Shown here piece by piece: positions 49,588-58,279 of a stretch of DNA of 64,000 bases. Each line of letters starts with the position of its first letter. Within the stretch, counting starts at the first letter, position 1. The notes beneath the pieces are model-generated. The model saw nothing but the letters and a program-made list of their open reading frames with translations. It was not told the origin of the DNA and did no database searches. This DNA is from an uncultured archaeon (GTDB taxonomy: Archaea; Thermoproteota; Nitrososphaeria; Nitrososphaerales; Gagatemarchaeaceae). The DNA is taken from positions 32,001 to 96,000 of the forward strand of contig CAWFOU010000001.1 of assembly GCA_963817525.1 (NCBI GenBank). Direction: 5' to 3'. Position numbers and translations under genes: made by a program.

Positions 49588-50399
49588 ACCCCACGCACAT
49601 CGCTTCGCAGCAGCTTGCCAAGGCCTTCAACCGAAACATCGCCACGGTCGACGCGCGCCTTGAGGAGTTCCTGAAGGCAGGGGACTCGCCAACCACCGCC
49701 TCCCTGAGGAAGGCCATCGCAAGGCTCAGGACGACCTATTCCGTACTTCCAAAGAGCGAGAGGCAGGAGGCGCAGACCGTGGGATACCTCTCGGCCGCCA
49801 AGAAGCTGTCCAAGGCGGTCGGTAGGGTGAGGGACATCGACACGATAGCGGCCTGGACGATGCAGCTCTCCGAAGGCAAGGACCAAAAGTCCTTCATCGC
49901 CGACCTGGGCAGGCTCAGGGGCATGGCGCTCCGGACTGCGATCGAGAGGGGCAGGAAGCTCCGGAAGAAAAGGTCGCCCTTCCTAGACCTCCGCGAGCTC
50001 GACGGGCACGGCGATGGGAGGCGCGTGGCGAAGGTCGAGAGGCGGCTCTCCAGGAGGGTCGACAAGGAGTTCGAGGAGTTTCTTTCGTCCCAGGAGGTGG
50101 AGGTCATGCACTCGTTGAGGAAGGACGCAAAGCGCCTCAGGCACCTGCTCGAGCTCACTGAGAGGGGGGAGGCCACGCCCCTGCTCGTGAGGCTCAGGTC
50201 GATCCAAGATGACCTTGGGGCGATACGCGACCACGACCTGGTGATCGACTACCTCCGCAGCAGGGTCAGGCTTACGAGCACGCGCTCCCTGATTCGGGAG
50301 GAGATAGCGAAGAGGCACGCTAGGCTCGAAGACTTTGTCACCAAGAACAGAGGGCAGGGGCACCTCGTCCCCCTCCCCGCAAAGCAGAGGTCTAGTTAG
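49584..50399 (+). CDS. CHAD-domain polyphosphate-binding protein
   Basis: GRVRDID, HSLRKDAKRLRH, QDDLGAIRDHD. Confidence 0.88.
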   Translation: MNPTHIASQQLAKAFNRNIATVDARLEEFLKAGDSPTTASLRKAIARLRTTYSVLPKSERQEAQTVGYLSAAKKLSKAVGRVRDIDTIAAWTMQLSEGKDQKSFIADLGRLRGMALRTAIERGRKLRKKRSPFLDLRELDGHGDGRRVAKVERRLSRRVDKEFEEFLSSQEVEVMHSLRKDAKRLRHLLELTERGEATPLLVRLRSIQDDLGAIRDHDLVIDYLRSRVRLTSTRSLIREEIAKRHARLEDFVTKNRGQGHLVPLPAKQRSS

Positions 50400-50452
50400 C
50401 CCGAATCGCCTGACTATCCTTTTTAACATTGCAAGGGGCGGCAAGTCGCAAC

Positions 50453-50470
50453 AGCCCGGTGGTGAAGCAC
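50453..50470 (+). repeat. intron-less, internally deleted copy of the tRNA-Gln 5' end
   Basis: AGCCCGGTGGTG-AAGCAC versus mature AGCCCGGTGGTG[TAGTGGTC]AAGCAT; preceded by TTTTTAAC (50420-50427) like the functional copy. Confidence 0.6.
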
Positions 50471-50508
50471 TGCCATGGGCCTCTAAATACTGACCCGTCT
50501 TATCCAGC

Positions 50509-51285
50509 GTGGAAAGGTCTAACCTTGAGGGCGCATTCTCTCGAGTCGTTCGAATCGCCAAGATCAAACCTCGAGGTAAAGGGTTCGGTGTCAAAGGGTC
50601 TGCGCATACCGTGCTGTGGTCGAGATACGACGACTTCAGGCTTGGCATTCTCATCGGTATGACATATGGTGACGGTAATCTCATCAAGAGAAGCGCTGGA
50701 ATGAGAACTGGAAGATGGCGGGTGGAGTTCTGCGAGGGTGACCTCTCACTAGTAAGAAAGTATGCTACTCTCACCAGACGACTGTTCAATCTCCAACCGA
50801 GGATAAGGAATCGTGAAACCTGGTTTGAGATGTATTACAGTAGCAGAATCGCATACGAGTTCCTTACTTTCGTAGGGGAGCATCCTAACGGGAAAAAAGC
50901 AGGGCACCTGAGGATACCCGAAGTAGCGAGATTGTACCCGGAAACCCTTAGAGGGTTTCTGTGTGGTTTGTTTTCAGTCGAGGGGTATGTAAAGGGAGGG
51001 AGATATCTCAGGTTAACTGTGGAAATGCTCGAGCGGCGGCTTTTATGGTCGGTCGCGGATGAGCTGAGGAAGCTCGGCTTCCAACCACACTCGTATGCAT
51101 ACATGAAAGACGGGAAGAGAATGTTCGGAGTCTACTTGTATGGCTTTGAAGATTGCGGCAGATTCTTGGACAAGGTGGGCCTGTTAGGGAAGAGGAGAAT
51201 AAAGTTGAGCAGGTTTTTAACCACGACACTGCAGCCGAGGTTAGCTCGGAAGCAGCCCGGTGGAGGATTGGTCCGCCGAATGTAG
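50509..51285 (+). CDS. free-standing two-motif LAGLIDADG endonuclease
   Basis: GILIGMTYGDG and FLCGLFSVEG motifs; lower GC; no intein splice motifs; 3' end overlaps tRNA-Gln; start uncertain. Confidence 0.85.
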   Translation: MERSNLEGAFSRVVRIAKIKPRGKGFGVKGSAHTVLWSRYDDFRLGILIGMTYGDGNLIKRSAGMRTGRWRVEFCEGDLSLVRKYATLTRRLFNLQPRIRNRETWFEMYYSSRIAYEFLTFVGEHPNGKKAGHLRIPEVARLYPETLRGFLCGLFSVEGYVKGGRYLRLTVEMLERRLLWSVADELRKLGFQPHSYAYMKDGKRMFGVYLYGFEDCGRFLDKVGLLGKRRIKLSRFLTTTLQPRLARKQPGGGLVRRM

Positions 51286-51369
51286 TGGTCAAGCATGCTG
51301 GCCTTTGGAAGAGGCGGAAACGTCTCGAGAGGACAGCCGGCGACCCAGGTTCGAATCCTGGCCGGGCTA
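51254..51369 (+). tRNA. tRNA-Gln(TTG) with introns at 10/11 (51264-51280, 17 nt) and 37/38 (51309-51334, 26 nt)
   Basis: spliced sequence AGCCCGGTGG TGTAGTGGTCAAGCATGCTGGCCTTTGG AGCCGGCGACCCAGGTTCGAATCCTGGCCGGGCTA; first intron has helix CGGT/GCCG, 3-nt bulges and GGA/TCC stem. Confidence 0.92.
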
Positions 51370-51488
51370 CCTATCTCAATGGAATCCTTTGCACCCAACT
51401 GGCCCTTGAAGCCAATGACCCAGGTTAGAATGCTGGATGGGCTACAGGTTTATGTACTAGCGGGAAAGTAAATGGGATGGGAATTCTG

Positions 51489-51728
51489 ATGGGCGAGGCA
51501 GTCATAGACGAGCGAGGAAGGATAGTGATTCCGAACGAGATAAGGTCAGAACTCAAACTGAGACCCGAGCAGAAACTCAGGATATCCAGGAAAGGGAAGG
51601 ATCTGCTGCTTTCGCCGGAGGTAAGTGCGGACGAGTTCATTTCAGAGCTGAGAGGCTGCGTGCACGGCTCGAAGATCAAGCCCGCCGACCTCAAGAACAT
51701 CTGGGGTGTCGGCCATGCTCACCATTGA
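51489..51728 (+). CDS. vapB: AbrB/MazE-type antitoxin
   Basis: IDERGRIVIPNEIRSEL. Confidence 0.85.
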   Translation: MGEAVIDERGRIVIPNEIRSELKLRPEQKLRISRKGKDLLLSPEVSADEFISELRGCVHGSKIKPADLKNIWGVGHAHH

Positions 51729-52128
51729 CACGAACATCTGGGCCTACTACTTGGACAGTGACTGTTCGGAGCATCGATCGGTCGTCGGACCGGTGGAGAA
51801 GGCACTCAGGTCAGAGCAGATAGCGATAAACACAATAATCGTGATGGAATTGGCCCACTTTCTCGTCAAGAGCCTTGGAGCTCCGATAGGCGGAGAGAAG
51901 TTGGACGAGTTCCTTCGATTCCCGCTGGTCATCACGGACTTTGATTACCGGCACGCCCTCGGCGCAATAGAGATGCTGAAGAAGTACTCGCACTTGGGCA
52001 TCGGGGGCAGGGACGCAACGCTCTTGGCCATGATGGACGGCGCCGGCGAAAAGAGGATAATGACTCACGACGAACCGCTGAAGAAGGTCGACTGGATCGA
52101 ATCTATCGACCCAGTCAAACTGGCCTGA
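51715..52128 (+). CDS. vapC: PIN-domain toxin
   Basis: IDTNIW, E, RDATL, THD. Confidence 0.88.
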   Translation: MLTIDTNIWAYYLDSDCSEHRSVVGPVEKALRSEQIAINTIIVMELAHFLVKSLGAPIGGEKLDEFLRFPLVITDFDYRHALGAIEMLKKYSHLGIGGRDATLLAMMDGAGEKRIMTHDEPLKKVDWIESIDPVKLA

Positions 52129-52284
52129 GACGGCGCCAAATTCCCGCCTGAAAACCCCTAAACAGGTGCGGCCCTGGACGGGCTATCTCCTCATTTTTGT
52201 GCCCTGTTGCGTCAACGGAGTCGAATACTTCTGTGTTGATTATCTTGCTCGGCAAGCAGATGCTTGGCGAAGACCCTGGCCTGA

Positions 52285-52718
52285 CTATTTAGCGGGACTA
52301 CCGCGTAGCACGCGACCGACTGGCCTACCGTAAAGATAGCCAATCACCATTGCAAGAGCCAGAAACCTTGGTAGGTTGATTATCGCACCGACCAAATTGA
52401 AGACAGAGAGATTGTTGAGATTGACAAGAGTTGAAAAGGCTTCGATGATCAGTAGGGCAGCAAAGCTGAGAATCACCGACTTCACAATCGAATTCTTAGA
52501 TGGGATCCTGTCATAGGCGCGAACTAAGGAATAGCTGACGAAGCATCCTATGACCAACCCACCGACCAAAGGCGACCTTGTTGGCCGTTGCAGTTGCATC
52601 TCCGGAGACAATGAACGTTGAGCGAAAGTATGACGCAAGAGCAAATGTCCCAATGAAGACCAGATAGAAGAAGCCAGCCATTCTTGCGGCTAGCATCCCT
52701 TGCGATTTTAAGGGGCAT
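52285..52718 (-). pseudogene. chimeric membrane-protein remnants (DUF4386-like N-terminus out of frame with another fragment)
   Basis: ARMAGFFYLVFI...IVSGDATATANK, then a frame change into hydrophobic GGLVIG...LPRFLAL. Confidence 0.5.
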
Positions 52719-52734
52719 AATGCTCCCTTCGGTC

Positions 52735-53457
52735 ATGGGTCAGAAAGAGCGGAAAGCGAGAACAACGTCATCGCCCATCAAGGGAAAGCTAGTGACTAAG
52801 ACCTTCAACTACGACGGTGGTCGGCAGGCGACGGTGTACGTCCCGCCAGTTCCGGCCGAGGCAGTCGTGTTCGCCGGTGACGGCCAGTTGATCTCGCAGT
52901 GGGGCGGTGTCCTTGAGGCCGCCGGCGTACCGCCGACCATGATTGTCGGCATCCACCGGCTGGACGACGAGATGCTCAGGCTCCACGAGTACTCGCCGGC
53001 CTTTGACGCGGAACGGTTCGCGGCGCACGAGAAGTTCTTCGTCGAAGACGTCCGCAAATGGGCGCGGAAACGTTTCGGAGTCGCGCTGCCCGCCGAGCGC
53101 ACGGCGGTGTTCGGCGTCTCCGCGAGCGGAGAGCTCGCCCTCGCCATGGGGCTTCGCCATCCCGACATCTATGGTTCGGTCTTCTGCGCATCGCCGGGCG
53201 GAGGATACCGACCGCCTGTCGTGATGCCGGATTCACTCCCGCGCGCTTACCTCGTCGCCGGCACGTTAGAGCCGTTCTTTCTCGAGAACGCGACCCGTTG
53301 GGCGGTCGCATTGCGCGACGCAGGTGCGGAGGTTGTCATGACCGAGCGGGTTGGGTCGCACGGCGACGCGTTTTGGAGAGAAGAGTTCCCGCTGATGGCG
53401 GCCTGGACGTTCGGACGCTTAGGGACTTCTCGGACAAATCGAACCGCGAGCCTCTAA
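52735..53457 (+). CDS. alpha/beta hydrolase esterase (Fes/IroE-like)
   Basis: VYVPP, GVSASG nucleophile elbow, SHG. Confidence 0.8.
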   Translation: MGQKERKARTTSSPIKGKLVTKTFNYDGGRQATVYVPPVPAEAVVFAGDGQLISQWGGVLEAAGVPPTMIVGIHRLDDEMLRLHEYSPAFDAERFAAHEKFFVEDVRKWARKRFGVALPAERTAVFGVSASGELALAMGLRHPDIYGSVFCASPGGGYRPPVVMPDSLPRAYLVAGTLEPFFLENATRWAVALRDAGAEVVMTERVGSHGDAFWREEFPLMAAWTFGRLGTSRTNRTASL

Positions 53458-53528
53458 TCCTGGACGCGCTATCTCTCCGAGCCAAACTCTTATATCGTTG
53501 CCGGCATCGTTGAACGGTAGTGGTATCG

Positions 53529-53738
53529 ATGGAAACCGTCAAGGTCTCAAAAAAGTATCAAGTCGTCATCCCTGAGAAATTGCGCGATGACGCCAAGATA
53601 AGACCAGGAGACAAAATGCTCGTGATAACCAAGCACGGTATCCTTCAGTACATACCGGTTCGCCCGATCGAGAAGACCAAGGGAATGGTGAAGGGTTTGG
53701 ACACTAAGGTCATTCGTGACGAGCACGACCGTCCTTGA
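53529..53738 (+). CDS. vapB: AbrB/MazE-type antitoxin
   Basis: VKVSKKYQVVIPEKLR...PGD. Confidence 0.88.
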   Translation: METVKVSKKYQVVIPEKLRDDAKIRPGDKMLVITKHGILQYIPVRPIEKTKGMVKGLDTKVIRDEHDRP

Positions 53739-54106
53739 TCTCTATCGATAGCTACGGCTGGATAGAGCGATTCACAGATGGTCCGAAGGCGAAGCACTAC
53801 AACGCCGTAATCGACCAAAGACCCGGTGAAGAGATAGTCACAGCCCCTGTCATACTATACGAAGTCTACCGGAGGATCAAGCAGTTCAAAGGAGAAGAAA
53901 TGGCTCTCGAATCCGTCGCGGCCTTGAGCGGAACGAACGTCGTTTCTCTTGATCAGACCATTAGCCTCGAGGCCGCGGATTTCAGTTTTGAACACCACTT
54001 ACACATGGCGGATGCACTTGTCTACGCGACAGCACGCCACTACGACGCGGAACTCTACACTTGCGATGAAGACCTGCGTAAGCTAAGGTCTGTGACCTTC
54101 ATCTAA
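53735..54106 (+). CDS. vapC: PIN-domain toxin
   Basis: IDSYGWIE, YEVY, MADALVYATA, TCDED. Confidence 0.9.
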   Translation: MISIDSYGWIERFTDGPKAKHYNAVIDQRPGEEIVTAPVILYEVYRRIKQFKGEEMALESVAALSGTNVVSLDQTISLEAADFSFEHHLHMADALVYATARHYDAELYTCDEDLRKLRSVTFI

Positions 54107-54231
54107 ATCGCTAGCATCGCGGCCGGATCGACGGCCCAGAAGTAGCAGGCACCCGCGAGGCAAGTCTTCGGTCGTGGAGCTCCCAACGTAGGATTGGTAC
54201 AAAATCGGGCGCGGAACCCTTGACGCCTGCC

Positions 54232-54687
54232 CTAGCGCTTCGCTTTCTTTGATTCTTCTTCTCTGATTTGCGCGGCGAGCTTGCGCGGGTCGATCCTCGT
54301 GATTCTGGGGATTCTATCGTAGGCATCGTCGGTCGAGACCATCTTGTGCTCAGGATCTTCCAGCAGGCACGTGGCTGCGTGGTAGGAGTCGAAGATGGAG
54401 GACAATCCGTACGTCGTGACAAGCGAGAGGGCGAGCAAGTCGTGGTCAGTTGTTGTTGAGGCCCAGGATAGGTTCGAAATCCTCGTCAGTGCCCCGACCT
54501 TGGAAAGGATGTCCGCAGGAGGATGGCCTGTCCTGGCGAGGAGGTAGTAGAGCTCGTGAATGGCCTCTCTGCTCACCTGTACTTTGCCAAACCTGCCAGC
54601 GACAACATGCCTCAGAATCATCTCGGCATCCTCCTTGAGCCAATCCTCGTCCTTGATGTGTGAGAAGAGGATGTCCGTCTCAATCAT
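54232..54687 (-). CDS. vapC: PIN-domain toxin
   Basis: MIETDIL, HELYY, FDSYHAAT, STDDAYD. Confidence 0.88.
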   Translation of the reverse strand: MIETDILFSHIKDEDWLKEDAEMILRHVVAGRFGKVQVSREAIHELYYLLARTGHPPADILSKVGALTRISNLSWASTTTDHDLLALSLVTTYGLSSIFDSYHAATCLLEDPEHKMVSTDDAYDRIPRITRIDPRKLAAQIREEESKKAKR

Positions 54688-54935
54688 CAAAGCTGCTTCC
54701 GCCTCGTTGCCCTGTTTCTCGCGTCTTCGCCCGCGCCGTCCTCTGCCGCTCGCTTCAGCTCCTTCACGTCTCGATCCTCCTTCAGCCAAGATCCAGAGGA
54801 CAGAAGAGGATCCGAGGGGATCGGGATGCCGAGAAAGTACGAATTCGCGTCGATGATGATCACGGATTCTCCAGGAAAGACCATCTCTCGAGGCAGCTTG
54901 ATTCTCCCTCTGTCATCGACCTTGGTAACGGCCAT
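54687..54935 (-). CDS. vapB: AbrB-type antitoxin
   Basis: KVDDRGRIKLP; TGATG coupling to the toxin. Confidence 0.82.
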   Translation of the reverse strand: MAVTKVDDRGRIKLPREMVFPGESVIIIDANSYFLGIPIPSDPLLSSGSWLKEDRDVKELKRAAEDGAGEDARNRATRRKQL

Positions 54936-55162
54936 TCTTACCCCAAATGCCAGAATCTGCCCCAATTATTATATCTTCCCCCACATTAGTGAATTTGCCC
55001 ACGGGCGGGCGACGGATTCGAACCTGTTTGGTGGCGGGCCCTCAACCGGCTGTTTTTCTCCCAATTCGCCAGCCGTGCCCAGAGGTGTTTCTCGGCCGGG
55101 TCACTGATGCCCAACGCGGCTGTTAAATAACTCACGGCCGAGAGACGCCACTCGACCACCCG

Positions 55163-55642
55163 ATGCCCGAATTTCGCATCCGGCGCGCTTCCATCCGGGA
55201 CCTGCGCACGATGGTCCACCAGCGCCGCGCGATGTTCGTCGACATGGGGCCCGCGACACAGGAGCAGCTCGCCGCACTCGACAGGACGTATGCAAGGTTC
55301 GTGCGGCGGGAGATGAAGGCAAGGCGCCTCTCCTGCTACCTTGCCGAGACGAAGGAAGGGAAGGTCGTGGCCGGCGGCGCGATCTGGCTCAGGGAGACTC
55401 CCCCTCGCGTCAACTTTCCAGGCGGCAGGATACCCTACCTCATGTCCTTTTACACCGAGCCAGCGTTTCGAGGCAAGGGTCTCGCCACCCGAATCGTGAA
55501 GGAGGCCATGAAGTGGGGCAGCGAGAGGGGATATCCGTGGATGATGCTCCACGCCACCGCGGCGGGGAGGGGCGTCTACGAGAAGCTCGGCTGGGAGCCG
55601 ACGAGCGAGATGCGATACAAAATCACGATGGCGGGGAATTGA
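55163..55642 (+). CDS. GNAT N-acetyltransferase
   Basis: YTEPAFRGKGLA, LHATAAGRGVYEKLGW. Confidence 0.92.
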   Translation: MPEFRIRRASIRDLRTMVHQRRAMFVDMGPATQEQLAALDRTYARFVRREMKARRLSCYLAETKEGKVVAGGAIWLRETPPRVNFPGGRIPYLMSFYTEPAFRGKGLATRIVKEAMKWGSERGYPWMMLHATAAGRGVYEKLGWEPTSEMRYKITMAGN

Positions 55643-55679
55643 GGGCGCCTACGGACGATGGAACTGTTCGGGCTTTTGA

Positions 55680-55845
55680 GGAAGAGCCTGAAGGGAATCA
55701 ATCACCGGTCTTAGCTGCTTCTCCTTCTCGGTCAGCGAGTACCGCATTGAAAGGGCCGCGCGCTCCGCACGTCTCTTTTCACGATTTCCTCCGACTCTAG
55801 GTACTTCAAGACCCTAGAGAGAGTCTTGGGCTCCATGCCTACCCC
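55680..55845 (-). pseudogene. 5'-truncated, frameshifted HxlR-type wHTH regulator
   Basis: GMEPKTLSRVLKYLESEEIVKRDV, then shifted RYSLTEKEKQLRPVIDSL. Confidence 0.6.
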
Positions 55846-55898
55846 GAGCTTGGCCTTAGCCCAGGAGGGGCTAGTCCGCAATCCGAGCCCGAGGCCTT

Positions 55899-56447
55899 CT
55901 AGTCGAACAATTCGAGGCCGCAGGTGGCGAGGCTAGTCTTGACCGTCTCGACGTCCCGAGGGATCAGCTCCGTCCCGATCTGCGTTCGCGCCATGAGCTG
56001 GTTGGGCGGCCTGTCTGGAGGCGCGGGAGGGGGATGGTCGAGCCAGTGCTCGAGGCCGAAGAAGTGGCCCATCTCGTGCGCGACCGTGCGGTAGTCGGGC
56101 ATTTTCGTGTCGTCGACTATCACGAACGTCTTCTTGGGCCGGAACACCTTCCCATTCGACCCTCCGATCGAGCGCACGAAGATCCCCGTTATCTCATGAG
56201 GCTCTGGGCCTGTGAGGTCGAGGAGCGCGTCGGTGTCCCCCAGCCGGTCGTGGGCTGTTTGGACCAGGTGTTCGAGCCTCACTGGGTCGAACTCCCACTC
56301 CGACACTGACGCTTCGAAGCGGATGTCCGCCTGACGCCATATCTCGTTCGCCCGCCGGAAGATCTCGACAACCTCCTTGACCGTCCTTGATGAAGAGTGG
56401 ACAGGGTCGTTCTTTGCGATAAGGGCTCTGACCTTCAGCGTCGGCAT
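55899..56447 (-). CDS. small metzincin-type Zn metalloprotease
   Basis: HEMGHFFGLEH plus downstream LM Met-turn. Confidence 0.8.
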   Translation of the reverse strand: MPTLKVRALIAKNDPVHSSSRTVKEVVEIFRRANEIWRQADIRFEASVSEWEFDPVRLEHLVQTAHDRLGDTDALLDLTGPEPHEITGIFVRSIGGSNGKVFRPKKTFVIVDDTKMPDYRTVAHEMGHFFGLEHWLDHPPPAPPDRPPNQLMARTQIGTELIPRDVETVKTSLATCGLELFD

Positions 56448-56569
56448 CCGAGGAGTCGTCTGTCAAGGGCGGAGATCTTGCCGGTAAAAATTTTGTGATG
56501 GCTGAGGAAGACCCCGTGCGTCCGGTCGACTTGACTTTATGAGCAAGACCTCCTCGGGGGAGCAGGGCC

Positions 56570-57535
56570 ATGCCGAAGCCATACGGGGCAGACGACCCTA
56601 TCGCGGACCCGCAAGCCGTAGGCGCGCCCATAACTCGCACGGCGATCTTTCTTGTGGTCACCGTTAACCCAGGGGCCGCAAGCCGAGCCGCGGTCCGCTC
56701 CTTGTGCCACGACCTCTCCGCCCTCGTCCGCGCGGTGGGCCACCGCGTTCCCGAGGGGGAGCTCTCCTGCATCGCGGCTTTCGGGTCGGAGGCGTGGGAC
56801 TCGCTCTTCGGGAATCCACTGCCTGCGGAGTTGCACAAGTTCAAGGAGATAGCGAGCGGGAACCGCCGCGCGGTCTCGACCCCGGGCGACATCCTCTTCC
56901 ACATCCGCGCGGAGACGATGGACCTCTGCTTCGAGCTCGCGACCGAGGTGATGGCCAGGCTAGGTGAAGCGGTCTCCGCCGTCGACGAGGTCCACGGCTT
57001 CCGCTTCTTCGACCTTCGCAGCATCGTCGGGTTCGTCGACGGGACGGAGAACCCCCAGGACGATGAGTCCGTCAGGGCGACCCTCGTTGGGGACGAGGAC
57101 AAGGCCTTCGCGGGGGGCAGCTACGTGCTAGCGCAGAAGTACCTCCACGACATGACCGCGTGGAACGCGCTGACGACCGAGGAGCAGGAGGGGGTGATCG
57201 GACGCACGAAGCTCACGGACATCGAGCTCGACGACTCTGTGAAGCCGGCGTACGCCCACAACGCCGTGAGCAAGCTCGTGGAGGACGGGGTCGAGATAAA
57301 GATACTCAGGGACAACATGCCCTTCGGGGAGGCGGGTAAGGGGGAGTTCGGGACATACTTCATCGGGTACAGCCGGTCGCCCCGCACGACCGAGAAGATG
57401 CTGCAGAACATGTTCGTCGGAAAGCCGCCGGGCAACTACGACAAGCTCCTGGACTATAGCCGCGCGGTCACCGGGGGCCTGTTCTTCGCACCCTCCTCGA
57501 CCTTCCTGGACGCGGTCGCCGTCGACGAAGTGTGA
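56570..57535 (+). CDS. dye-decolorizing peroxidase (actinobacterial-type)
   Basis: GFVDGTENP, QKYLHD, AH, ILRDNMPFG, GTYFIGY. Confidence 0.93.
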   Translation: MPKPYGADDPIADPQAVGAPITRTAIFLVVTVNPGAASRAAVRSLCHDLSALVRAVGHRVPEGELSCIAAFGSEAWDSLFGNPLPAELHKFKEIASGNRRAVSTPGDILFHIRAETMDLCFELATEVMARLGEAVSAVDEVHGFRFFDLRSIVGFVDGTENPQDDESVRATLVGDEDKAFAGGSYVLAQKYLHDMTAWNALTTEEQEGVIGRTKLTDIELDDSVKPAYAHNAVSKLVEDGVEIKILRDNMPFGEAGKGEFGTYFIGYSRSPRTTEKMLQNMFVGKPPGNYDKLLDYSRAVTGGLFFAPSSTFLDAVAVDEV

Positions 57536-57646
57536 CCCGGAAAGACTTTCTACGGCCAGGGCGCCCGGCTGAGCGACGACGGTCTGTGACAATAATCGAC
57601 GCGTGGGTCTTGCTAATCGAGATAAACCGCTGAGGGTCGACGGGGC

Positions 57647-58196
57647 CTAGGCGCTCTGTTTCTTCCTTGCCTTCGGGTGGAAGTTCTTCCCTGCCCACGC
57701 GTCCGGGTACCTCTCAGGATGAAGGGCAAAGGCAACAAGGTGCGCGGCGTCTACGCGGATGAGGAGGTCAACCTTGAGCAAGGCGTCCCTCCCTCCCTCG
57801 AACGCCTCGACCCACTCATGCCCTAGCTCCTTGAAGCCCGAGGTCCCCTTCCGGAGCGGGACGGGGGTCCCGTGGCCGATTATCACGAGGTGGTTCTCAT
57901 AATACGTGAACCCCATGGTGGGGTTCATGAACAGCCGCTTGACCGTCGTCGACCGCGAGTCGGTGGCGAGGATGAACTTCCCGTGGAGGAACGCGGCCGA
58001 CCGGGGCGCTGCCCTGGGCTCACCCTTAGTTCACGGTCGCCACCGCTACGAGGTTTATCCCTTGGAAGCCAGCGAGCTGCCCCGCCGAAAGCCTGTGGCT
58101 GGCGTCGAAGCCCGAGTAGCGGATGTTCGGGGACTTTTCGTAGCTGGAGTCAAGCAGATCCTGAAGCTCGTCCAGCTCCGCCTTGGTCTCGAACAC
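57647..58196 (-). pseudogene. pyridoxamine 5'-phosphate oxidase-like protein with two frameshifts
   Basis: MFETKAELDELQDLLDSS... / INLVAVATVN / KGEPRAAP...LHGKF...NPTMG found in successive frames. Confidence 0.7.
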
Positions 58197-58279
58197 GGGG
58201 TCGATGACCTCCGAACGATATTTATCCGTTGGGCGCTTTTGGGAGACCTTCCGACGCCGACTAGAGGGTCACCCTACAG

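Noticed and set aside
50453-51282. One giant tRNA intron containing the LAGLIDADG ORF, joining the upstream 5' copy to the D-arm
   Set aside because: No BHB helix can be formed across those junctions, while the 17-nt local intron forms a good one with its own 5' exon
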